A stretch of 30,994 nucleotides of DNA from positions 1 to 30,994 of IMG/VR virus record IMGVR_UViG_3300010239_000001. One strand, 5' to 3'. Source of the DNA: a virus. Shown piece after piece: positions 22,921 through 30,994 of the stretch. The notes under the pieces were generated by a model that made no database searches, was not told the origin of the DNA, and was given only the letters and a program-made list of their open reading frames with translations. Every line of letters begins with the position of its first letter. Position 1 is the first letter of the stretch. The translations under genes and the position numbers were made by a program.

Positions 22921-23946
22921 TTAGGGGGCGGTTGGTGCTTCTATCTTAGCCACGACTGCGCCGTTGACATCGGCGTACGTACAGTCGGCCCTCATTGATA
23001 GGACGTGCTCAACTCTTCTCGCGCTTGGTATCTTCTGAGATTCCACTGTTATTTCTCTGTAGACGCCCCAGACCATGTTATTTGGCCTGGAGAGCATAGC
23101 TACGCGCCCTACGTGAGCTGTGGCCGTTGCGTCGTCAAGCGTTGGCACGTGGACGACTGGAATACCGTCAAATGTGAGCTGCCTCTGGCCGAGAAGGGCT
23201 TCGTCGCCGATAACAGTCTCCCGGGCGGCTACCTGGTCCCTGTATGCCCTGTGGGTTTCCCAGTCAACGTAGAACCTGACGTCGCCCCGCTGGATGAGGT
23301 ATTTTTTGTCTATGGCCTCTAGCATGGCGTCAAACATGTTCATTGGGAAGTCAGCGGCGGATGGGTCAAAATCGGCAGGCGTGGAGTTGTGCTGATAGCC
23401 GTAGACCGTATTTCCGGCGAGTTTGACCCAGCCATCTGTTGCCTTCAGGATCAGAGGAGGGCTCGAAGTTGCTAGATCTGTGTCACCAAAGACGAAAGCC
23501 CTCTCTAAGTCGAGAGAGGCGCTTTCACCAAGCATTCTGACGATTCGGTCCTCGAATCTGGGGCCTTCTATCGTGTCCTCGAGTGTGTCGTAGTCTATGA
23601 CGGCACGGAGGACGAACTCCTTGGCATTTAGCATGTTCTGCTGTATGTAGCCGCTAAGTGAGAAATCGTCGACGTTCTCAGTTTCTCCTGGGATTACTTT
23701 GACTTCTTGGCCGCTAACGGTTATTCTGCCGGGATAGAGGTACCCAGTGGGCATGTCGATGGCTGCTATCTCTTTTTGGTAGCTTTTCATCCTTTCCATT
23801 CGTGCTTCGTTGAGAATAGTAGCTTCCCGCTGGACAACCTCGATAAACTCTGCTAGCTGCTCCATTGCTTTTAATCCACCAGCAATCTCGGAGTTATCGA
23901 CGATTTTAAACACTTTATTCGCTTCAAGGTATTCGTGTATGTTCAT
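22921..23946 (-). CDS. major capsid protein (HK97 fold)
   Basis: 341 aa; EQLAEFIEVVQREATILNEAR, IDYDTLED, DLERAFVFGD, DGWVKLA, LTFDGIPVVHVP, NMVWGVYREITVE..EHVLSMRAD. Confidence 0.9.
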   Translation of the reverse strand: MNIHEYLEANKVFKIVDNSEIAGGLKAMEQLAEFIEVVQREATILNEARMERMKSYQKEIAAIDMPTGYLYPGRITVSGQEVKVIPGETENVDDFSLSGYIQQNMLNAKEFVLRAVIDYDTLEDTIEGPRFEDRIVRMLGESASLDLERAFVFGDTDLATSSPPLILKATDGWVKLAGNTVYGYQHNSTPADFDPSAADFPMNMFDAMLEAIDKKYLIQRGDVRFYVDWETHRAYRDQVAARETVIGDEALLGQRQLTFDGIPVVHVPTLDDATATAHVGRVAMLSRPNNMVWGVYREITVESQKIPSARRVEHVLSMRADCTYADVNGAVVAKIEAPTAP

Positions 23947-23971
23947 ATCCGATCACCAAGAAGAACCAATT

Positions 23972-26900
23972 TTATTGTTTTTTGAGTCTTCTGCCGAATG
24001 GATCTCGGCCTATTTTAGCATAGAAATCCTCTGCTCCTTCCTCTCGGGTTGTTTCTTTTAGTTTTTGGGTTTCACCCGTAGCGAGGAATTTTTTCTCGAC
24101 TTCTTCGATTTCCTCTCTAATTTTTCCGATTTTTTTGTCCAGTTTCTTCATTGCTTTCTCTATTTGTTTGGTGACGATCTTGTCGAGATTCTCTTTGGGT
24201 TTGGGCTTCTCTTGTTTCTCTGTTTTCTCAGGGGCCTTGGGCTGCTTCTCCTCTTTAGCTTCGGTGGCTTTTTCCTCCTCTTTTTCTTTCTTGGGTGCTG
24301 GGTAGGCGTCCCCACCCCTGAGAAACTCCAGAATCTTCTTGGCTGCCTCTTTAACTTCTTTTGGAGCGTCCTCAGATTCAACGATCTCCTTTAGTGCGTC
24401 TTCCAATGCTTTGCCACCTTGTTTTTCTTCTTTTTTGGCTCCTTTCTTTTCTGGTGGTGCGTAGGCATAGCCCATCACTGCAGACTCCACTTGCGCCATC
24501 GCCTGTTCTATGAGCTTCATCGCCTCTTGCAACAACTTAAGGGCGTCAACGCCCCTAGCGGCTTGTTTCTCTTTCTTTTCGGGCACATTTCTCACCTCAT
24601 CCTTGTCTCTTTTCAGTATGAGCCATTGAGCGTCAGGCACGGCTGGATTGTCGACCAGTGCAACCTCAAAAACCTTCAAGTTTTTTAGTTCGCGGGGCTC
24701 TTCGTCATCCCCGGATTCTTTGGTTTTCTTTTGGGATTTTTCGATTGCAAATTTTGGTTTGGGATTGCAGCCCATGCAGTAGCCTCCAATCGAGATACCT
24801 TTTATCTTGCCTTTTTTGACCTCTTCCCAAAGGCTGTCGTCGTAGATTTTGAATCCGAGCATCCACGTGCCTTCTGGAAGCTCAACGCCGCCTGCCTTCA
24901 AAGGTTGGCGGAGAATATACGATTCTACGATCGCAATGTCTTTTTTCTCGATGGGGATCTCGTGCATGTATGTGACCATTTGGTACCAGGCCATGAAGTC
25001 GTGTGCGGTCTCTTCGATCTCCTCTGCGGTGATGAATTCCCCATCCTTGTCTATTTTGTTTGGGACGAGCGCTGGTGCGAGTGCGAAGCGTTTCTCCTCG
25101 TCTACTTTAATTATTGGTGCGATAAACTTTTTATTGTTGGTTTTTGAGCGTTTCTCGATCTCAAATTTGTCCACTTCTATCAACTCCGGCCGTTTGCCAG
25201 GCTTAGCCCAAATCAAGTACTTCTGGCCTTTCTTTTTCAACTCTTTAACGACATCTTCGAGCTTGTGCTTATCAGCGTACGGAGTTTCGTCCGCTGGCTT
25301 ATCTATGAGCCAAACGCGTCCCCTGCCCTCCAATTCGGCGTATTGTATGATATACCGGCCTTTCAGCCTCTCTCCGTGAAGAAATACTTCAAAGGCGTGC
25401 TCTCGCCACACGCCCATTTCATAGGAGCCCCTATCGAAGAGGAAAAACTTGGAGTACTTCTTTGAGGTGCTCCCTACCTCCAAGGGCTCCGCAACGTACG
25501 GCTTTCCAACTCCAACCTGCAACCATTCCTTCGGTTGGGGTAATTTGAACTGTCCTTCGAGCTTTCGGTCAGGTTTTTGTAATAGAAGCAGTTGAGAGCC
25601 GCCGGCCTTCTTGTTCTCCTTAGGCTCGCCAAGGAAGACTGTGAAGCCCCACAAGTGGTCATTAGCGGTGAATCTGAGGTCGGCGTGGACTGAATGGCCC
25701 GTTTCAAGGAGTTCTTCATGGGAAAGCTTAGTTTCTTCTTTGGATAACCCTCTCCAGTGATGCTGGGCCACGAATTCGCCCTTGCCGGATTCTGGGTAGT
25801 TCTTCCACCAATTCTCGGCCCAGTATTTGGCCGCTCGCTCACCACGAGTCTCTCCTCCCTCCGATTCATCAGAGAGCTCTACGATAGCATCAGGACCAAA
25901 AAGATCATAATTGAACTTCATAATGTGTTTCATCCTATGTCTGGCCTTCTTGTCCTTTGCGAGGCGCGTGTAGAGCTTCTTGTAGAGCTTAGCCTCTTCT
26001 GAGACCGGTTCGTAGGATTCGAGAAATTCGAGCTTGTTTTGGTCAAACGTCCAATCTGCTTTAAGTATCTTCTGAATCGCTTTCTCTCTGATCTGCTTCT
26101 GTTTTTTTGGTTGTGATCTGGCATCGTTTAGGACGCCGGCCCGTTCAGCCAAGTCTATGGCTTGTCCTGCAGTATATGGTTCCTCCCTTGTCTTGTCAAC
26201 GTCAACAGGAACGGCCGCAGTCCAGCTCAACTCCTCCCCACCTTTTGTTTCGCGGATTATAATCTCCTGGGGCTGCACTGTGATTATATCGCCCGGCTTG
26301 GCCTGGAATATGGCGTTCATAGTCAGTTTCATGTCCACGTACGTCTCGCCCTTGAATTCTACCGTATTCTGGAAATTCAAGGAGCCTGGTAAGAGACCGC
26401 AACGGAACGAGTAAGTTCCGTTCTTGTTTCGCCGAGATTCTATCACTATGACCTTCAGCTCGACAACGTGTTTGATTTTGGCGAGCACATCAGAAGCGCC
26501 TTCGATATAGGATGCTGTTTCATCTTTGAGGACGATCCCTTCGCTCATGTCCATATTAGCGAGCTTATCCCACGCCTTTTCCAAATCTGTAAGATTTCTG
26601 ACTTTCATTTGAGTGGAGAGGTCGAAAAACTTGTTATCTTTTAAGTATTTGTTGTAGAATTCTTCGAGGAGCTTTCTGCGTTCTCTGAATGGTTTTTCAT
26701 GGAGGTCGCCGCCTTTCTCGTCCCAGTAGATGATGTCGAAGGCTGTGAAGATTGGATAGGCGTCGTCTGGGAGCGTGACCTCTTTTCCTGTTAGAGCCAT
26801 GATCCTAACCCGCGGCCAGCGCTTTCCAGCTTCGACAACGCCTATATCACCGTCAAGAATGAAATCGGCGGGTATTTTCTTGGCAGAATAGGGGATATTT

Positions 26901-27754
26901 GGTATTTGCTTGGATCGTTCTTTCTTAGCATCTTCGAAGTACAAACTCACCTTGTCCTTCTTTTTCTGCAGGATGGCTCTGAATCCGTTGAGCTTGTTCT
27001 CAGCGACGGCCTCAGGGTGCTTCTTCAGCCAATCCTGGAGCTCCTCTGGCTTGAATGCTTCAGTGCCCGCATGATACAATCCCATCCTTGGTTTGGAGGT
27101 CTGGAACGAGTAGGTTATAGGCTCCCATTTTCCTTTTGTTAATTTGGGAAGGGACTTCTTAAATTTGTTTATCATCGATGAGATGCTCTTCCGGACCTTC
27201 CAGAAAGGATTTAAGCGCTGAACATCCCTGGTTTCGCTTCTAACAAGCGCTAAGTCGTAGAGCGGCAAGTGATTCGTGAATGCGCCTTGGGGATTGTTTA
27301 TTAGGTGAATCGGAATCTCCTTGTCCGGATCTAAGGTTAGGCGGATAGGAACGTACACATTCTCAAATTTCAGCTGGTAAGCGTCCCCTTCGAGGTTGGC
27401 GCGCACGAGAATGTCTAAATCGTTGTAATCTTCCCGCCTAACCGCCGATCCAACCAATTCGATGAAATCAGGGACTATTATGATCTTCTCGGGGAGGTCG
27501 TCGAGGGAGATTGGGATATTGCTTTTCTCTTTCAGTTCTTTGTCGAGTCCATCGTGCTCGTTATGTTCCATGCCCCTCCGTTGCATCTCCGCAACTATCA
27601 AGTGATGAGCGTTGACCAGATCCTCCAGATTGATCTCTTCGCCACCCTCCTCCCTGATTTGAGGATATAACTGGTGGCAGCGGCGGTGCAGATTCAAAAG
27701 CTCTTTATCGTCGACTTCTTTCAGCCAATCTGGGGTGATTTCTTTGATTTTCAT
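23972..27754 (-). CDS. head-maturation polyprotein: helical N-domain + Pol-beta-type nucleotidyltransferase motif + ATP-dependent DNA ligase + LigD 3'-phosphoesterase-like domain + XkdF-type prohead serine protease + scaffold
   Basis: LVGSAVR..NDLDILV (aa 100-117); ENKLNGFR (K254), ILDGD, TAFDIIYW, SEGIVLKD, LAKIK, then OB-like region; FVAQHH..HADLRF..WGFTV..FDRGSY..FLHGERLKGRY (aa 661-801); ALVPNKIDKDGEFIT..MH..IVESY..PEGTWMLGFKIYDDSLWEEVKKGKIKGISIGG (aa 895-991); charged coiled-coil tail; between MuF and capsid genes. Confidence 0.85.
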   Translation of the reverse strand: MKIKEITPDWLKEVDDKELLNLHRRCHQLYPQIREEGGEEINLEDLVNAHHLIVAEMQRRGMEHNEHDGLDKELKEKSNIPISLDDLPEKIIIVPDFIELVGSAVRREDYNDLDILVRANLEGDAYQLKFENVYVPIRLTLDPDKEIPIHLINNPQGAFTNHLPLYDLALVRSETRDVQRLNPFWKVRKSISSMINKFKKSLPKLTKGKWEPITYSFQTSKPRMGLYHAGTEAFKPEELQDWLKKHPEAVAENKLNGFRAILQKKKDKVSLYFEDAKKERSKQIPNIPYSAKKIPADFILDGDIGVVEAGKRWPRVRIMALTGKEVTLPDDAYPIFTAFDIIYWDEKGGDLHEKPFRERRKLLEEFYNKYLKDNKFFDLSTQMKVRNLTDLEKAWDKLANMDMSEGIVLKDETASYIEGASDVLAKIKHVVELKVIVIESRRNKNGTYSFRCGLLPGSLNFQNTVEFKGETYVDMKLTMNAIFQAKPGDIITVQPQEIIIRETKGGEELSWTAAVPVDVDKTREEPYTAGQAIDLAERAGVLNDARSQPKKQKQIREKAIQKILKADWTFDQNKLEFLESYEPVSEEAKLYKKLYTRLAKDKKARHRMKHIMKFNYDLFGPDAIVELSDESEGGETRGERAAKYWAENWWKNYPESGKGEFVAQHHWRGLSKEETKLSHEELLETGHSVHADLRFTANDHLWGFTVFLGEPKENKKAGGSQLLLLQKPDRKLEGQFKLPQPKEWLQVGVGKPYVAEPLEVGSTSKKYSKFFLFDRGSYEMGVWREHAFEVFLHGERLKGRYIIQYAELEGRGRVWLIDKPADETPYADKHKLEDVVKELKKKGQKYLIWAKPGKRPELIEVDKFEIEKRSKTNNKKFIAPIIKVDEEKRFALAPALVPNKIDKDGEFITAEEIEETAHDFMAWYQMVTYMHEIPIEKKDIAIVESYILRQPLKAGGVELPEGTWMLGFKIYDDSLWEEVKKGKIKGISIGGYCMGCNPKPKFAIEKSQKKTKESGDDEEPRELKNLKVFEVALVDNPAVPDAQWLILKRDKDEVRNVPEKKEKQAARGVDALKLLQEAMKLIEQAMAQVESAVMGYAYAPPEKKGAKKEEKQGGKALEDALKEIVESEDAPKEVKEAAKKILEFLRGGDAYPAPKKEKEEEKATEAKEEKQPKAPEKTEKQEKPKPKENLDKIVTKQIEKAMKKLDKKIGKIREEIEEVEKKFLATGETQKLKETTREEGAEDFYAKIGRDPFGRRLKKQ

Positions 27755-27773
27755 GATCAGACGCCCTCCTATC

Positions 27774-28721
27774 CTATCTTCGTGGCAGCTGGAGCCAGCT
27801 AGTGTCTTTTGGGGCTACGGGTACTATCGTACATCTACAGTTGGGATGCATTGGGATTAGAGTCTTTAGTATTGGATCGGAGGCGTTGAAGATCCTCCCT
27901 TCGTATTTTAGGCATCGTCCGCAGACTTTGGAGTCACCTGCGGTCACGTACATGACCTGTGAGACTCCAGCGGCTTGGAAAGCCTCTAATTTGGCTGTTT
28001 GGGTTGCTGCTGCGAGCTCTGTCCTTGCAATCCGCTCAAACTGGTATGATACTTTTGTCCATTCTTCTCCGCCGGGTTTTAGCCTGGACAAGATCCTTTG
28101 GGCGATGTCTTGGGCTGCGACTTCTCGCGTTTTGAGTTCGGCGATTGTGTCCCCGAGATTTTTAGCCATTCGTCGGGGGAAGGCTTGTAAGGCCGGCCTG
28201 GCATATTCTTGGAAGCGTGCGTTGATCTTTCGCGGATCAACGTCTGGGATTTGGTAGGCTGATGGTCTAAGGTTCAATGATCGCAGTAATGATTCGAGGG
28301 AGGATGTGTAGGTTTTTTCCAGCGTGCCGGCCATTCGAGTTCTGAGGGTTTGGTCCATGCGGGTCATTCTGCGGTCGTATAGGCTTGCAATCGCAAGAAT
28401 CAAGAATATGTCTTCTCTATCGAGATCAAGAAGCTCCAGCTCTCCTATGAGGCTTTCATGTTCTTCTGTTTCTTCTGTTTCTTGTTTTTCTGTCTTGATC
28501 TGGTTTCGGGCCCATCGGTTAACAAGTTCTTCGATGGCGGGGTAGATTTCTGCAGCCATCTCTTCGACAGCAGCCAGGATCTCTTTGGTTCCTTGTATGA
28601 CGAGTTGCCTGGTCCTGCGGTAATCGGTGGATGGTCTGATGAGCGGTTTGGCCTTGCTGCGCATTGCGATGATCTTCAATTCGCGGATGGCGTCGTTTAT
28701 GTCATCTATCAACTCTATCAT
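27774..28721 (-). CDS. MuF/SPP1 gp7-like minor head protein
   Basis: ERIARTE..A..LEAFQAAGV..YVTAGDSKVCGRC..GRIF..PMHPNCRCTIVP. Confidence 0.92.
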   Translation of the reverse strand: MIELIDDINDAIRELKIIAMRSKAKPLIRPSTDYRRTRQLVIQGTKEILAAVEEMAAEIYPAIEELVNRWARNQIKTEKQETEETEEHESLIGELELLDLDREDIFLILAIASLYDRRMTRMDQTLRTRMAGTLEKTYTSSLESLLRSLNLRPSAYQIPDVDPRKINARFQEYARPALQAFPRRMAKNLGDTIAELKTREVAAQDIAQRILSRLKPGGEEWTKVSYQFERIARTELAAATQTAKLEAFQAAGVSQVMYVTAGDSKVCGRCLKYEGRIFNASDPILKTLIPMHPNCRCTIVPVAPKDTSWLQLPRR

Positions 28722-28730
28722 GGATTCTCC

Positions 28731-30203
28731 TCAAAGCCTCTTCTCGATCCGAGATTTCAAGGTTTCAAGGGTTTCGATTATCTTGTTGACGGCTTCTTCT
28801 TCTCTTGGAGCCTCTACTGGCTGGCCTCTGATGTAATGGCAGTCCATGAGCGGGTGATCTGATGGTTTGATGTTGTATCGGCCGCTGAAACGCTTGATAA
28901 GCTCGTTGGGCGTCATAGCCCCAGCATCGAACAATTTCAGACAGTTTTGCAGATCCTGATCATCCTTCTCAACGTCAACGTTTCTGAACCTGAACTCCCA
29001 GTCGGCTGTGTTGAAGCCTCTGGGGTCCCGGATTATGTAGCGGTTGATTGCCTCCTCCCAAAGGCGTTGTCTGTGCTGTATGATGCCTTGTTTGTAGTTG
29101 ATCCTTGTCATCTGGGCTGTGTTGCCTCCGAGGGCGCCTACTTGCATGACTCCAATCCTGTAGGGGTCGACTCCATGCGCTGTGATGATTTCGTCGCGGT
29201 TATCCATCCCGTATAGGCGGAAGCTGGCCTCCTTCGTCTCCACTGATAATTTCTCAAATTCTACTTTGATATTGGAGTTTTTCTCGCCCGGAATGGCGAG
29301 TATCAGGGGAGTGTGGGGATTTCTGACGATTTCTTTGAAATGGCGTTCTATAGCTTCTTGCAGGACAGTAGAACCCGTTGGTTGCCCGTTCTCGTCCAGG
29401 ATCGCCTCATCTTCAAAATCTCCAGTAATGAAGACCGCATAGGACGGCACACCATAGTTTTTGAAAAATGAGATATTATAATCTTTGCGGGCCTCTTCGG
29501 CCGCTATACTGTGAATAGCAGGCACATAATCAGGCACACCGTAATAGGAGCTGCGAGTGGAGTAATTATGAATCATGATGAGTTCGTTGGCGGCCACGTC
29601 GCCGGACAAGCTCCCAAGGGGATACTCTTCACCAGTGTCCATATGCACGTCTTTTTCATAGCCAAAACGCTTGAACCAACGGTACTTAATACCATCCCAG
29701 CTTTGTGCGTACTTGTTCTCGCTTTTGTGGATCCGTATGGTTGCGGCCGGCACATGCTCCAACGATTTGATCTTCCCATGGTGTATGCCACCGTATCTGA
29801 CTATTTCAAGGCAAGCCCAGCCCACTTCTTCAAAATCTTGCGCAGCTTTCAAGAGTGTGGTCTCGAATGAAGGATATAAGCTCTTAAAGAACTTCTCGAT
29901 CTCTTTGCGCTCCTCTTCGTCGGCCTCGTCGGAAACGGCGACCAGTTCCCAGCCTTGGCCCACGGTATCGACTGCTTTCGTTGCGCAGCAGCGGGCATGG
30001 AATGTGTTCTTTTCTGAGAGGGATGCGAGGCCAAAGGGATTGTATGGGGGCTCTACAAGGCCTTTCCTCGCGTATTTGCCTCTGAAGGTGTCGGATTTCA
30101 GTTGCTTGGATTCTCCGGCGATTTCGTACTGTTTTAGGACTGATTGGGACACGAATCTGCCGCCTTCAACCACAACACCGAACGGTATCCTCTTCCTGGT
30201 CAT
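28731..30203 (-). CDS. portal protein (PBSX-like)
   Basis: GLVEPPYNP..HARCCATKA..HVPAATIR..ELIMIHNY...YYGVPDY..YNISFFKNYGVPS..HGVDPYRIG..GAMTPNE. Confidence 0.92.
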   Translation of the reverse strand: MTRKRIPFGVVVEGGRFVSQSVLKQYEIAGESKQLKSDTFRGKYARKGLVEPPYNPFGLASLSEKNTFHARCCATKAVDTVGQGWELVAVSDEADEEERKEIEKFFKSLYPSFETTLLKAAQDFEEVGWACLEIVRYGGIHHGKIKSLEHVPAATIRIHKSENKYAQSWDGIKYRWFKRFGYEKDVHMDTGEEYPLGSLSGDVAANELIMIHNYSTRSSYYGVPDYVPAIHSIAAEEARKDYNISFFKNYGVPSYAVFITGDFEDEAILDENGQPTGSTVLQEAIERHFKEIVRNPHTPLILAIPGEKNSNIKVEFEKLSVETKEASFRLYGMDNRDEIITAHGVDPYRIGVMQVGALGGNTAQMTRINYKQGIIQHRQRLWEEAINRYIIRDPRGFNTADWEFRFRNVDVEKDDQDLQNCLKLFDAGAMTPNELIKRFSGRYNIKPSDHPLMDCHYIRGQPVEAPREEEAVNKIIETLETLKSRIEKRL

Positions 30204-30994
30204 ATTATTACTACCCCGCCGCCTCTTCTCCTAATCACGACCTTCATGGTCTCATACACGAATCCACCATCATTTTTGGCTTCGCAGCGCAAAGCAACCG
30301 GCACAGGACCCTCCGTACTGTTAACCCACTTGAGTCTGAACTTCTTCCACTCATTCACGGATTCTCCGGGGAGTATGGCTTCGGCAAGCTTACCGTCGTC
30401 CCCCGCGAAGTAGGGATCTTGTGTGGCGTTGAATAGGTATGCGCGGGGCGCATATTCCATTGTAGTGCTTTTGCGAAGCCATACGTCAACCATAACCTTT
30501 TTCCCGGGCTCTATGGTGCCAAGATGGATGGTGCGGCGCACAGGAGACACTGAATTGGTTAAAGTGTACTGGTAAGCCCTGGTTTTGCCTGGTGGGGTCA
30601 CGTCGCTCTGGGATTGGACAGTGCCGCCGCGATACCAAGCCATGTACGCTCCGGGGACTTGGTTGTGGTTGAAAGACTCTATGGCTCCCTCTCGGGTAGT
30701 GACGGTAGGATACTTGATCGTTATAGTTTGTGCGACGCAGTTATAGAGTCTATGATGGTAAGACAGTTGATTTGCGGGCGTAAATGACCCGAAGTCCATG
30801 TCCCAACAAGTTATTCTGTGAGGCCAGTGCCCATAAGCCCCAGTTTGGAGGTTGCGGGCCTTACAATCCTTATGGTAACTAGATCCCTGACCTACGGTTG
30901 GGCCCTTGGAAACCACGGCCTTTGCGTTCTGGAACCAGCAACTGTCGAACACAGCTCCCGCAGAATGAGTTACAAAGCCTTCGTTAGTGGATTC
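30200..30994 (-). CDS. 5'-truncated protein, probably a right-handed beta-helix/adhesin C-terminus with a terminal jelly-roll domain
   Basis: The frame stays open to the window edge (ESTNEGFVTHSAGAVFDSC...), so the ORF-track start is artificial; the stop overlaps the portal ATG (ATGA). Confidence 0.5.
   Translation of the reverse strand, partial: ESTNEGFVTHSAGAVFDSCWFQNAKAVVSKGPTVGQGSSYHKDCKARNLQTGAYGHWPHRITCWDMDFGSFTPANQLSYHHRLYNCVAQTITIKYPTVTTREGAIESFNHNQVPGAYMAWYRGGTVQSQSDVTPPGKTRAYQYTLTNSVSPVRRTIHLGTIEPGKKVMVDVWLRKSTTMEYAPRAYLFNATQDPYFAGDDGKLAEAILPGESVNEWKKFRLKWVNSTEGPVPVALRCEAKNDGGFVYETMKVVIRRRGGGVVII

Noticed and set aside
23972-27754. Intein or mobile-element explanation for the size of the 1260-aa ORF
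   Set aside because: No intein C/S-start and HN-C/S/T end blocks or LAGLIDADG motifs are visible; the extra length is accounted for by enzyme-like domains.
27774-28721. MuF-fused toxin
   Set aside because: The protein ends about 15 aa after HPNCRC, so it is a short MuF with no toxin extension.

Overview
The window is the late (morphogenesis and lysis) region of an archaeal head-tailed virus or provirus with a contractile tail. All credible genes lie on the minus strand. From right to left they are: a truncated beta-helix-like protein, portal, MuF, a 1260-aa head-maturation polyprotein, HK97-fold capsid, head-tail joining genes, sheath, tube, chaperones, tape measure, baseplate, fibres, a phosphoesterase/holin/papain-like peptidase unit, a tRNA-Asp and a membrane-anchored protein. 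GGAGG/GGTGA ribosome-binding sites, a BRE-TATA promoter, an archaeal-type tRNA and a transglutaminase-like domain on the baseplate hub suggest a pseudomurein-walled methanogen host (Methanobacteriales-like; inference). The most striking feature is the 1260-aa ORF. It joins a Pol-beta-type nucleotidyltransferase motif, an ATP-dependent DNA ligase and a LigD-type 3'-phosphoesterase-like domain to an XkdF prohead protease and scaffold, which suggests an end-repair toolkit packaged in the virion. Other notable points are a start-less chaperone extension that needs a +1 frameshift at TTT_CGC, a Cys-rich domain shared by two baseplate proteins, a C1A peptidase in the endolysin position, a probable CTG start codon and a tRNA-Asp with non-canonical D- and anticodon loops. 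No terminase, integrase or replication gene is in the window. All assignments come from motifs recognised by eye, with no database searches.
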